From assembly GCA_963783305.1 (NCBI GenBank), contig CAWAMW010000006.1, positions 1 to 64,000 on the forward strand: a stretch of 64,000 bases of DNA, in the 5' to 3' direction. How positions within the stretch are numbered: position 1 is the stretch's first letter; each line of letters opens with the position of its first letter. The notes below the pieces were generated by a model that saw only the letters and a list, made by a program, of their open reading frames with translations, searched no databases and had not been told where the DNA came from. This DNA is from an uncultured Gemmatimonadales bacterium (lineage in GTDB: Bacteria > Gemmatimonadota > Gemmatimonadetes > Longimicrobiales > RSA9). Made by a program: the position numbers and the translations under genes. Positions 1-8,149 of this stretch are shown piece after piece.

Positions 1-1
1 C

Positions 2-472
2 GTCACCCCCGACCTCCTGGCCGCCATCCGCGCGCAGTACCGCCTCGACTGGCAGGGCGTCCACGGGATTCGGCACTGGGAACGCGTGCGGGAGAACGGT
101 CGCCGGCTGGCGGGGGCGACGGGGGCTGATCCTGTCGTCGTAGAGTTCTTCGCCGCGCTCCACGACAGCCGCCGCTTCAACGATTACCGCGACCCGCAGC
201 ACGGCGCCCGGGCGGCGGAGCTGATCCGTGAGCTGGACCCGTCGCTGATCCCGCTCAGCGCCGCGCAGCTGGACGTGCTGGCGGAGGCGTGCCGGACTCA
301 CACGTCGGGCACGAAGACCAACAACGCCACTATCGGCACCTGCTGGGACGCCGACCGGCTGGACCTGCTCCGGGTCGGGACGCGCCCGGACCCGCGCTAC
401 CTGGTGACGGAGGCGGCGCGGGACCCGGAGGTGATTGCGTGGGCGATGGAGGAGTCTCTGTCGCACTGGTAA
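2..472 (+). CDS. HD-domain phosphohydrolase (5' end outside window)
   Basis: Frame open from base 2; motifs HGIRHWERV, ALHDSRR, HGARAA, CWDADRLDL. Confidence 0.8.
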   Translation, partial: VTPDLLAAIRAQYRLDWQGVHGIRHWERVRENGRRLAGATGADPVVVEFFAALHDSRRFNDYRDPQHGARAAELIRELDPSLIPLSAAQLDVLAEACRTHTSGTKTNNATIGTCWDADRLDLLRVGTRPDPRYLVTEAARDPEVIAWAMEESLSHW

Positions 473-578
473 CTCGCGATCCCGAGACTCTCCACCAGCT
501 TCTGAGAGGTGTGGCTGATCGAACCATTCCTTCGCCCCGACCTGATTCCGATGGTGACTGGACTCGAACGGAGCCAGC

Positions 579-905
579 ATGCCATCGCTCGACCCTGCTA
601 CACTCACGATCGACCCTCGAAAGATTCGAGACTACCTGCTCGCGTCGGATCATCCTCGCGGAGCAGCGAAGGCTCGCTTCTTCCGCGGACTGGGATTTGC
701 CCGCCGCCGCCCGTGGGAGCTTGCGGAAGAGCTGCGAACGCTGGTGATAGAGGGCGAGATAGTGGGGCAGGTGGAGACTCCGCATGGGGCCAAGTACGTG
801 GTGGACGGAGCGCTGCGCGGGGCGCAGGTCAGGACTGTGTGGATTGTTGATCCCCCGGGCCCCGGCATTAGATTCGTCACAGCGTATCCGGTCGGGAGGC
901 GATGA
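579..905 (+). CDS. DUF6883-like putative toxin/nuclease
   Basis: KIRDYLL..HPRGAAKARFF..LGF and TVWIVD..RFVTAYP; stop overlaps the start of the next gene. Confidence 0.7.
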   Translation: MPSLDPATLTIDPRKIRDYLLASDHPRGAAKARFFRGLGFARRRPWELAEELRTLVIEGEIVGQVETPHGAKYVVDGALRGAQVRTVWIVDPPGPGIRFVTAYPVGRR

Positions 906-1126
906 TGAACGAGCACGATTGGGTGGTTCTGAAGCGGAATGTCCCTGAGCACGGGCTGACGGAAGGGGACGTCGGCACCATCGTGCACGTGTACTCGGAC
1001 GGGCAGGCGTACGAGGTCGAGTTCATCCTCGCCTCCGGTGAGACGGTGGCGGTGCTGACACTGGAGGCCGAAGATGTTCGGCCGCGCGGAGGCCGGGAGA
1101 TCCTCCACACGCGCAGTTTGACTTGA
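902..1126 (+). CDS. DUF4926-like putative antitoxin/immunity protein
   Basis: EHDWVVL..GL..GDVGTIVHVY..AYEVEF; 74 aa; coupled to the upstream gene. Confidence 0.8.
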   Translation: MMNEHDWVVLKRNVPEHGLTEGDVGTIVHVYSDGQAYEVEFILASGETVAVLTLEAEDVRPRGGREILHTRSLT

Positions 1127-1527
1127 CGCCGACCGCTCCCCCTTCCGACTGCCCCTTCTGCGCACTCCCCGCCGCCCGCGTCCTCCACACCTCCTCCCAC
1201 GGCCGCGCCCTCCGCGACGCCTAGCCCGTCGCCGACGGCCACACCCTCGTCGTCCCGCACCGCCACGTCGCCAGCCTCTTCGACCTTCTCCCGGCGGAGC
1301 GTTCGGACCTGTGGCTGCTGGTGGACGAGGTGAGGCAGGCCCTCGCCGCGTCGCATGGCCCCGATGGCTTCAACATCGGCGTGAACGACGGCGAGGCGGC
1401 GGGGCAGACGGTGGGGCACGCGCACATCCACGTGATCCCGCGCTACGCCGGCGACGTCCCTGACCCTCGCGGCGGGATCCGCTGGGTGGGTCGACCGGCG
1501 CGACTGGGACGCCGTACGGGTGAGTCG
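1123..1527 (+). pseudogene. HIT-family hydrolase with internal stop
   Basis: TTG start overlaps the upstream TGA; reads DCPFC..RDA*PVADGHTLVVP..GFNIGVNDG.AAGQTV.HAHIHVIPR; in-frame TAG at 1222-1224; no stop of its own, runs into the HNH frame. Confidence 0.75.
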
Positions 1528-2463
1528 ATGATCCACGCGGTCCCGTCGGCCGAAGCGCAGCTGGAGTTCATCCGGAAGCTGCGGCGGCTGCTGGACGAGG
1601 GGTCGTTCGTCGCCACGTACAAGTACGCGCTCCTCCACGCCATCGCCGACCTGTGCGTCACGCAGGGCGACGACACCGGCGCGCCCCTGACCATCACTAC
1701 CCGCGACCTCGCCGACCGCTGAATAGAGTACGACGCGCGCCTGGGTCGCCTGGAATCGAGCGACGAGTGGGGCGGCGTCCTGGGTCGCGTGGAGCGGACC
1801 GTCCGGACGATGCCGCTCTGGAAGCTCCAGACGGTCGGCAGCGAGCGGCTCGAGTTCCTCTACGACGACCGGGAGTCGGAGAACCCCCGGGAGATCACGC
1901 TGAAACCGGGCGTCGCCTACTGCTTCCGGCAGTTCCACTCGCTGGTGACGGAGATGGTGCAGGGGGCGTGGACGCAGCACATCCGTCGCACGAACGGCGA
2001 GGTCCTTGGCCCCGTGGGCGAGCTCCGGCACTTCCTCTTCGGCACCGAGCGCCGGGACCTGTCGCGCTACCGGGTGATCCTCGAGGACGTGCAGGAGGGC
2101 CGCTGCTTCTACTGCCGGCGACGACTCCGCGACGCCGTCGCCGTGGACCACTTCGTCCCCTGGCGACGCTACCCCCTCGACCTCGCCCACAACTTCGTCC
2201 TGGCCCACGACGCCTGCAACGGCCGCAAGGGCGACCGCCTGGCCGCCGTGCCGCACCTCGAGCGCTGGGCCGAGCGGAACTCCAACGCGCTGTACGAGCT
2301 GCCCCGCCGGTTCGAGGAGGCCGGTCTGGTCCACGACCGGGTCGCGTCGCTGAAGATCACGCGCTGGGCGTACGCACAGGTGGCGCGGGAGGGCGGGCAG
2401 GTGTGGGTGAAGGGGAACGAGCTGGTGAGATTGGGAAGGGAGTGGGAGGGAGCGCTTTCTTGA
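1528..2463 (+). pseudogene. HNH endonuclease (restriction-like), interrupted
   Basis: N-terminal GSFVATYKYALL; in-frame TGA at 1720-1722; continues MPLWKLQ..CFYC..VDHFVPW..HNFVLAH..CN..K. Confidence 0.75.
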
Positions 2464-2553
2464 TCTCGTCCTGTCCCGTCCGGCCATTCCATGGGCTCCG
2501 CCATGTGCGCATTGTAAGCCTGACCGGAGGCTTGCTATCTTGGAGGGAATACG

Positions 2554-2805
2554 GTGTCGGAGCTACCAGCGTGGTGGGACTGGCCACTCGCCTTGACGTT
2601 GCATGCCGAATTCAGGATGCAGGAACGCGGAATCGGCGAGATCCAGCTTCGAACGCTGCTGGAAGGGGCGGATAGGGTTCACCCCACCGGCCTGAGTGAC
2701 CGCTGGAAGGTGGTCGCTCGTTTGCGGGGCGTGCGCTGGACAGTGGTGCTGGAGCCCGATGAGGCGACGAGGACGGTACTGGTGATCACCGTGTTCAGGA
2801 CCTGA
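2554..2805 (+). CDS. DUF4258-like putative toxin
   Basis: HAEFRMQERGI..VITVF pattern; GGAGGG RBS upstream. Confidence 0.65.
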   Translation: MSELPAWWDWPLALTLHAEFRMQERGIGEIQLRTLLEGADRVHPTGLSDRWKVVARLRGVRWTVVLEPDEATRTVLVITVFRT

Positions 2806-2807
2806 CC

Positions 2808-3080
2808 ATGACCAGGAGCATTTCACTGCAGGTCACATACAGGGGCGGGCGTCCATTGGCCGCTTACCTTTCCCTGACATCCAATGGAACACGGATGGTC
2901 GACCGGAGCGAGGAGTTCGGAGACGACCTGGTCGTCGACTACGCCGCCGATGGGTCTCCGCTGGGCCTCGAGATCCTGTCACCCGCCACGGTGAACGTGG
3001 AGCAGGTCTGGTCCGTGTTCGACCGATTGGGTCTGGACCGACCGACAGCATCCGAGTTGAGCCCGCTCTCCGCTGCGTGA
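2808..3080 (+). CDS. DUF2283-like putative antitoxin
   Basis: AAYL..DLVVDY..DG.PLGLEIL. Confidence 0.75.
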   Translation: MTRSISLQVTYRGGRPLAAYLSLTSNGTRMVDRSEEFGDDLVVDYAADGSPLGLEILSPATVNVEQVWSVFDRLGLDRPTASELSPLSAA

Positions 3081-3143
3081 CCGCGGCGCCGTCGCGTTGG
3101 AACATGACCGATGCTGCGCCCCACCCACCTCCTCACCGTGTGG

Positions 3144-3165
3144 CAACCGAAGGTCTCCGCAGGAG
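3144..3165 (+). repeat. 22-bp inserted element CAACCGAAGGTCTCCGCAGGAG, copy A
   Basis: Identical to 4486-4507; flanked by GG and AACC. Confidence 0.85.
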
Positions 3166-3514
3166 AACCCTCCTACGCCGAGGACGCCCTCGACGCACAC
3201 CTCCGCGTCCTCCTCCGCTGGGCGGAGCGCAATCGCGACCCCGCGGACGCCGCGTCGCCCGAGGAGGACGTCTACGTCTGGTGGGCCAAGATCCGGTCGC
3301 CGCGGCGGGACGGGGAGCTGCCGCACGCGGCGGAGATCGCGGCCATCCAGTCGCAGATCGATGACGGGGTCGAGACGCACCTCTACCTGACCGACTACCG
3401 CTCGCTCTACGTCGGGCAACTGGGCGAGGTGACGGCGGACGCGGTGCTGGAGGAGGAGGGGGAGGCGGAGCACGCGCCGTCGTATTACCGGGGTATGCAG
3501 GCCGACTTCTGGTT

Positions 3515-3537
3515 CTCCTTGCGGAGACCTTCGGTTG
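3515..3537 (-). repeat. 23-bp inserted element CAACCGAAGGTCTCCGCAAGGAG, copy B (inverted)
   Basis: Reverse complement of copy A plus one A; removing it restores the frame FWFRLWDLRRLVADD. Confidence 0.85.
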
Positions 3538-3896
3538 CCGGCTCTGGGACCTGCGACGCCTGGTGGCCGACGACACGCCGGGGGTGATCCACGAGCTGAA
3601 GCGCCTCCAGAACACCCGCTACCACAACCGGCCTGTGTCGCTCTACCCCCCGCGCGCGACCTCCCGACCAGCGGCCGCCTCTGGGCCGAGCGCGCGACGC
3701 CGACCTCCGGGTCGACACCCAGCGCCTCGCCCGCGAGCTGCCCGTGCAGAAAGCAACTCGACCCGTTGAGCCATGGAAGCCTGCGGCCGCTGTCAGCATC
3801 TTCTGAGGAAACTGAGCGGATACCTCCAATCAGGAGCTCGACATGGCACGAGGTACTAAAGCTTGTCCCGGGGCATCGGACGGCTTAGCGTCACAT

Positions 3897-4127
3897 ATGG
3901 ACTACCGCGATATCATCACGATCGAGCCCGGCAAGAGGGGCGGTAAACCCTGTATCCGCGGGATGCGGATCACCGTTTACGACGTCCTCGACTATCTGGC
4001 AGGCGGTATGAGCGAGGAGGAAATCCTCTCCGACTTCCCGGACCTTACCAGTGACGACATCCGGGCATGCCTGGCATTCGCCGCCGACCGCGAGCGTAAA
4101 CTGGCGTCCGATCCTCCCGCGGCGTGA
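3897..4127 (+). CDS. DUF433-family antitoxin
   Basis: ITIEPGKRGGKPCIRGMRITVYDVL..LA.GMS.EEIL.DFP.L...DI.ACL.FA. Confidence 0.9.
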   Translation: MDYRDIITIEPGKRGGKPCIRGMRITVYDVLDYLAGGMSEEEILSDFPDLTSDDIRACLAFAADRERKLASDPPAA

Positions 4128-4459
4128 AACTCCTTCTCGATCAGAACCTCTCACCGAGGCTGATCGCTTCGCTTGTTGAGCTGTACCCTGAATCCGCGCA
4201 CGTGAAAGACCTGGGGATGGAGCGCGCCTCCGATGCGGATCTGTGGGAGTTCGCCCTCGAACACGGCTTCACGATCGTGTCGAAAGACTCGGATTTCCAC
4301 CAGCGGAGCTTTCTCCACGGTCCACCGCCCAAGGTCGTCTGGATCCGGCTCGGCAACTGCACCACGAGTGAGATCCTGGAGATCCTCATCGCCAAGCATC
4401 GGGAGGTTATCGACTTCGGTGACCGACCCGTTGAGGCGTTCCTGGTACTGGGCCGGTGA
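4124..4459 (+). CDS. DUF5615 PIN-like toxin (VapC45-type)
   Basis: MKLLLDQNLS..HV..LG...ASD..LW..A....IVSKDSDF..PPKVVWIR.GN; GTGA overlap with DUF433. Confidence 0.9.
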   Translation: MKLLLDQNLSPRLIASLVELYPESAHVKDLGMERASDADLWEFALEHGFTIVSKDSDFHQRSFLHGPPPKVVWIRLGNCTTSEILEILIAKHREVIDFGDRPVEAFLVLGR

Positions 4460-5415
4460 CCCCCCGCCACCTCCTCACCGTCTGGCAACCGAAGGTCTCC
4501 GCAGGAGAACCCCTCTTACGCCGAGGACGCCCTCGACGCGCACCTCCGCGTCCTCCTCCGCTGGGCGGAGCGCAGCCGCGCCCCCGCCGACGGCGCCTCG
4601 CCCGAGGAGGACGTCTACGTCTGGTGGGCCAAGATCCGGTCGCCGCGGCGCGACGGGGAGCTGCCACACGCCGCGGAGATCGCGGCCATCCAGTCGCGGA
4701 TCGATGGCGACGTCGAGACGCACCTCTACCTGACCGACTACCGGTCGCTCTACGTGGGGCAGCTGGGCGAGGTTACGGCGGATGCGGTGCTGGAGGAGGA
4801 GGGGGAGGCGGAGCACGCGCCGTCGTACTCACCCCATGAGTCTGTGACCTGCGTCGTCTGGTGGCCGACGACACGCCCGGCGTGATCGAGGAGCTCGGTC
4901 GCCTGCGGAACACCCGCTACCACGACCGCCCCGTGTCGCTCTACGGCGGGATGGTGGAGCTGCCGCTCATCGTCACCCGCGACGACGGCGCCCGCTGGTT
5001 CGCCGACCGCGACCTCCTGACCAGCGGCCGCCTCTGGGCCGAGCGCGACGCCGACCTCCGGGTCGACACCCAGCGCTCCATGAGTTCGAGACCGCCACCC
5101 GCACCTTCCTCGCCTCCGCCGAGGCCGTCTTCCGCGCCCGCCGCGACGACCCCGCCTTCGACTTCTCCGGCCCCGCCGTCGAGTACGCCAAGGCCGTGGA
5201 GACGGAGCTGAACGCGCTGGTCTTCCCGCGGCTCCGGAAGCGGCTCGAGGGCGGGATGCTGAAGGACCGGGAGGTGATCGCCGACGGGCGTCGCCTGGAC
5301 CTGGGCGGGCGCGTCGCCCACCAGTCGCTCGGGACGATCCTAGGCGCAGGTGATGGGGGTTGGGTGCGAGGGGGCACTGGTGCGGATCGCGAAGGCGAAA
5401 AGGGCGGGGGAGTGA
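4456..5415 (+). pseudogene. Unknown conserved protein, copy 2 (HP0729-like?), with one insertion and several deletions/frameshifts
   Basis: Removing 4486-4507 gives MTPRHLLTVWNPSYAEDALDAH; later blocks SLYGGMVELPL, FLASAEAVF..FDFSGPAVEYAKAVETELN and a final QVMGVGCEGALVRIAKAK..* ending 5415. Confidence 0.65.
4486..4507 (+). repeat. 22-bp inserted element, copy C
   Basis: Identical to 3144-3165; shifts the frame between TGG and AAC CCC TCT TAC. Confidence 0.85.
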
Positions 5416-5496
5416 CCATGAGCTCGTCTGATTCTGCCATGGATCTGCCCCGATCCCAAGGACAGCGTGGCCCTGGAACCGAGCCAGGGGCGTGTC

Positions 5497-5757
5497 GTGC
5501 CGAGAATCAGCGAGTTCTTCGGAATCACCATTGCGATGTATTACAATGATCATGCGCCGCCGCACTTCCACGCGAAGTACGGGGAGCACGAGGCCACGGT
5601 GGCCATCGACACTCTGGAGCTCCTGAGCGGGGCGCTGCCCAACCGCGTGCTGGGCCTGGCCCTGGAATGGGCCGCACTGCACCGCCTGGAGCTGCGGGAC
5701 AACTGGGAGGCGGCACGACACGGTGAGCCCCTCGAGCGGATCGCGGGGCTCGAATGA
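5497..5757 (+). CDS. DUF4160-family protein (putative toxin)
   Basis: MPRISEFFGI.I.MYYNDHAPPHFHAKYG..EWA.LH..EL..NW. Confidence 0.9.
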   Translation: MPRISEFFGITIAMYYNDHAPPHFHAKYGEHEATVAIDTLELLSGALPNRVLGLALEWAALHRLELRDNWEAARHGEPLERIAGLE

Positions 5758-6038
5758 CACGGAGTGTGCTGATGGTACGCGTCGATAGAGTGACACCGGG
5801 CGAGGGATACCGGCTCCGCGTGGGGTTCAGCGACGGGACGGAGAAGGTGATCGACGTCGAGCCGTTCCTGCGGGGACCGATCTTTGAGCGCGTACGGAAG
5901 GATCGCGGCTTCTTCGAAGCGGTGGAGGTGGACCGGGAGCTGGGAACCATCGTGTGGCCTAATGGTGCCGACATCGATCCCGACGTTCTGTATGGGATCG
6001 CGCGGCCGGCGTGGATGGAACAGGAGACCCGGTCATGA
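5754..6038 (+). CDS. DUF2442-family protein (putative antitoxin)
   Basis: Y.L.V.FSDG..K.ID....GPIF...TIVWPNGADIDPD.LY; ATGA overlap. Confidence 0.9.
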   Translation: MTRSVLMVRVDRVTPGEGYRLRVGFSDGTEKVIDVEPFLRGPIFERVRKDRGFFEAVEVDRELGTIVWPNGADIDPDVLYGIARPAWMEQETRS

Positions 6039-6058
6039 ACGGACGCACTGGAGTTCGG

Positions 6059-6356
6059 ATGAAAGATGAGCCGTTCGAGGAGCTGCTCGAGAGCGTCCGT
6101 GAGGGCGGGGCCATCCTGCGAAAGGAGGCCGAGCCCAGCCGTCGTGTCGTGATCGAGGAGCCCGACGTTACGACGGTGCGGGAACACTATGGCCTGTCTC
6201 AGGAGCGTTTCGCGACGATGCTCGGCATCCGCGTGAGGACGCTCCAGAACTGGGAGCAGGGTCGACGGCGTCCCCCACGGTCCGGCGCGCGTGCTGCTTC
6301 GCGTGGCCGAGGCCCATCCCGAGGCGGTATTGGACGCAGTCAGGAAGGCGAGTTAG
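6059..6356 (+). pseudogene. XRE-HTH antitoxin-like regulator (HigA/NadS-like), +1 frameshift
   Basis: FEELLESVREG..GLSQ.RFA.MLGI..RTLQNWEQGRR.P; one extra C in C5 at 6272-6276; the other frame continues GPARVLLRVAEAHPEAVL..TAG. Confidence 0.75.
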
Positions 6357-6357
6357 C

Positions 6358-6475
6358 GTGCTGATGGTACGGGTCGAGCGAGTGACACCAATGGAGGGAT
6401 ACCGGCTCCGGATCGGATTCACGGACGGGACGGAGCGGTTGGTCGACGCCGAACCGTTTCTGCGAGGGCCGATCC
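6358..6475 (+). pseudogene. DUF2442 5' remnant (second copy)
   Basis: VLMVRVERVTPMEGYRLRIGFTDGTERLVDAEPFLRGPI, paralogous to ~5766-5883. Confidence 0.75.
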
Positions 6476-6506
6476 TCCCGCAGGCACAGGCGATCGCGGG
6501 AAACCG

Positions 6507-6750
6507 ATGACGAGCAGCGTTTCACTCCAGGTGACCTACAAGGGCGGTCGTCCCCTCGCCGCCTATCTCTATCTGGCGGCGAACGGCAAGCGCAAGGCTG
6601 CGTGGACGGAGGAGCTCGCTCCCGACCTCGTGGTCGACTACGGCGTGGACGGCGCGCCGGTGGGAGTGGAGATTCTCTCCCCCGGCACCGTGACGGTCCA
6701 GGACATCTGGTCCGTATTCGATCGCCTGGGCCTCGAGCGCCCAGGCGATC
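6507..6750 (+). pseudogene. DUF2283-like antitoxin, second copy, 3' end lost
   Basis: SLQVTYKGGRPLAAYL..DLVVDY..VEILSP..WSVFDRLGL.RP, paralogous to 2808-3080. Confidence 0.75.
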
Positions 6751-6762
6751 GAACAAGGTCAG

Positions 6763-6937
6763 GCGGACGCCGACGCCGGTCGAACGATCTCCCACGCCGA
6801 GGTCAGGGAGCGCCTCCATCGGAAATGGGCTCTGGGCAACGGCGGGTAGTCTGGACCGAGGCCGCGGCAGCGCAACTTGACGAAGCGATCGAATTCGTCG
6901 CCTTCGATTCACCCGCCAATGCCCAAGCCTTGCTCGA
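6763..6937 (+). pseudogene. Antitoxin C-terminus plus ParE/RelE-like toxin N-terminus remnant
   Basis: ADADAGRTISHAEVRERLHRKW..* overlaps ATG 6825 MGSGQRRVVWTEAAAAQLDEAIEFVAFDSPANA. Confidence 0.6.
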
Positions 6938-6997
6938 GTACGGGTCGAGCGAAGTCACACCCATGAAGGGATACCGGCTCCGGATCGAATTCACGGT
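6938..6997 (+). pseudogene. DUF2442 5' remnant (third copy)
   Basis: gtacgggtcgagcga..gggataccggctccggatcgaattcacgg matches ~6367-6424. Confidence 0.65.
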
Positions 6998-7046
6998 CTC
7001 ACTGGCACCGGCACATTATTATATGTTACCTTGAGCGGTATCGGAA

Positions 7047-7241
7047 GTGGGAAAGATCAGGCGTGGGAACTACATCTTCCTGACCTGGATCGGTGATCAT
7101 GCGCCGTACCACGTGCACGTCTATCGCCGGGGGAGGCTGGTGCTCAAATGGGATCTGGAGAACGAGTGCGCGATGGCGGGGAAGCCCACGCAGCGGATCC
7201 TGCGACTGATCGCCGAGCTTCGGGCGGAGGGGAGCCTTTGA
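7047..7241 (+). CDS. Small DUF4160/HicA-like putative toxin
   Basis: GDHAPYHVHVY motif; 64 aa; basic; overlaps the next gene. Confidence 0.6.
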   Translation: MGKIRRGNYIFLTWIGDHAPYHVHVYRRGRLVLKWDLENECAMAGKPTQRILRLIAELRAEGSL

Positions 7242-7723
7242 AAGCGCGGGCAGTGGTCGCAAACAACCGGCGCCGGGCGTTCGAGGTGACCTTCTCCAAT
7301 GGGCGGACCCTGCCGCTCCCCTACGCGAGGCTGGAGCAGCCGCCGACGCGGGAGAACCGGGTGGCCGAGGTCTACAGCGATCCCGAGCTGGGGCACCAGG
7401 GGGTCACGTACGTCCTGGAGGATGGGACCGAGGAGAGCGTGCCGGTGGATGCGGTGCTCGACTACAACAGGGACCCCGGCTACGTGAGGGACATGCTCCT
7501 GTACCGTCTCACACTCGAAGCGCGGCGCCGGATGGAGAGCACACCGCTCAGTCACCGCGAGGTCATCCGTCGGCTCGGCACCTCACCGGCTCAGCTCTAT
7601 CGGCTGCTGGACCCCTCCCATAGAGGCAAGACCCTCGATCGGATGGTCGAGCTGCTGGCGGTGCTGGGATACGACGTCCGGCTGGAGATCGAGCCGGCGG
7701 CGTCGGTCACACCGGGTCGTTAG
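7238..7723 (+). CDS. Putative antitoxin with C-terminal HTH
   Basis: TTG start overlaps the upstream TGA; C-terminal LSHREVIRRLGTSPAQLYRLLD..KTLDRM. Confidence 0.7.
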   Translation: MKARAVVANNRRRAFEVTFSNGRTLPLPYARLEQPPTRENRVAEVYSDPELGHQGVTYVLEDGTEESVPVDAVLDYNRDPGYVRDMLLYRLTLEARRRMESTPLSHREVIRRLGTSPAQLYRLLDPSHRGKTLDRMVELLAVLGYDVRLEIEPAASVTPGR

Positions 7724-7774
7724 CTTCAGCGGTTCCAGGCAGCGTCACCCCAGGAGCACCGATTGAAAGTCAAC

Positions 7775-7882
7775 GCGCCGAGCCGCCGCTTCCGGCTTCG
7801 CGAACCTGATGTCCGGGCGGTGCGCGAACGGTACGGGCTTTCGCAGGCCCAGTTTGCCGCGATGCTGGGCATCAGCCCCAGC
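7775..7882 (+). pseudogene. XRE-HTH remnant
   Basis: APSRRF..EPDVRAVRERYGLSQAQFAAMLGIS, paralogous to 6059-6356; lacks start and end. Confidence 0.65.
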
Positions 7883-7933
7883 GCGTTCGTCTCCGAGGTA
7901 GCCTGCCGGTCCTGCAGCCGTACGGACTGACGC

Positions 7934-8149
7934 TCAGCTGCGACGGCGGCCGATGACCACGAGGACCACACCAGCGACCAGGACGAGGCCGCCCACAACC
8001 GGCGAGATGAAGCCCCGCTCCTCCGTCGCGAACTCGATCGGGCCCACGCTGACCTCCTGCCGGTCACGCACGTAGGACACGCCCTGGAGGGCCATCACGA
8101 CGCCGCCCAGCACAATGAGTACGGCTCCGACGATCACGATCGGTTTCAT
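7934..8149 (-). CDS. Small two-TM membrane protein (DUF3185-like)
   Basis: MKPIVIVGAVLIVLGG..VGPIE..ISPVVGGLVLVAGVVLV; purine-rich RBS. Confidence 0.7.
   Translation of the reverse strand: MKPIVIVGAVLIVLGGVVMALQGVSYVRDRQEVSVGPIEFATEERGFISPVVGGLVLVAGVVLVVIGRRRS

Larger units (their letters stand above)
3111..3750 (+). pseudogene. Unknown conserved protein, copy 1 (recalls HP0729-like family), frameshifted and truncated
   Basis: HLLTVW..VWWAKIRS..HLYLTDYRSLYVG..PSYY..FWF then RLWDLRRLVADD; two short insertions and deletions; near-identical to 4456-5415. Family name is recalled, not searched. Confidence 0.6.

Noticed and set aside
1222..1722. In-frame TAG and TGA as stop-codon recoding
   Set aside because: Both codons end many intact genes in the window, and surrounding genes are visibly decayed
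877..2487. 536-aa minus-strand ORF, and similar long ORFs at 23424-26390, 51485-54349, 56653-58938 and 59999-62281
   Set aside because: Antisense shadows of real genes, expected with GC-rich codon usage; no family motifs
3144..4507. The 22-23 bp repeat as a CRISPR repeat or a BsaI cloning scar (contains GGTCTC)
   Set aside because: Three copies, irregular spacing, mixed orientation, no cas genes; no other sign of synthetic sequence
579..7882. Integron cassette array
   Set aside because: No integrase in the window and no recurring attC-like inverted structures seen between modules; an upstream element cannot be excluded
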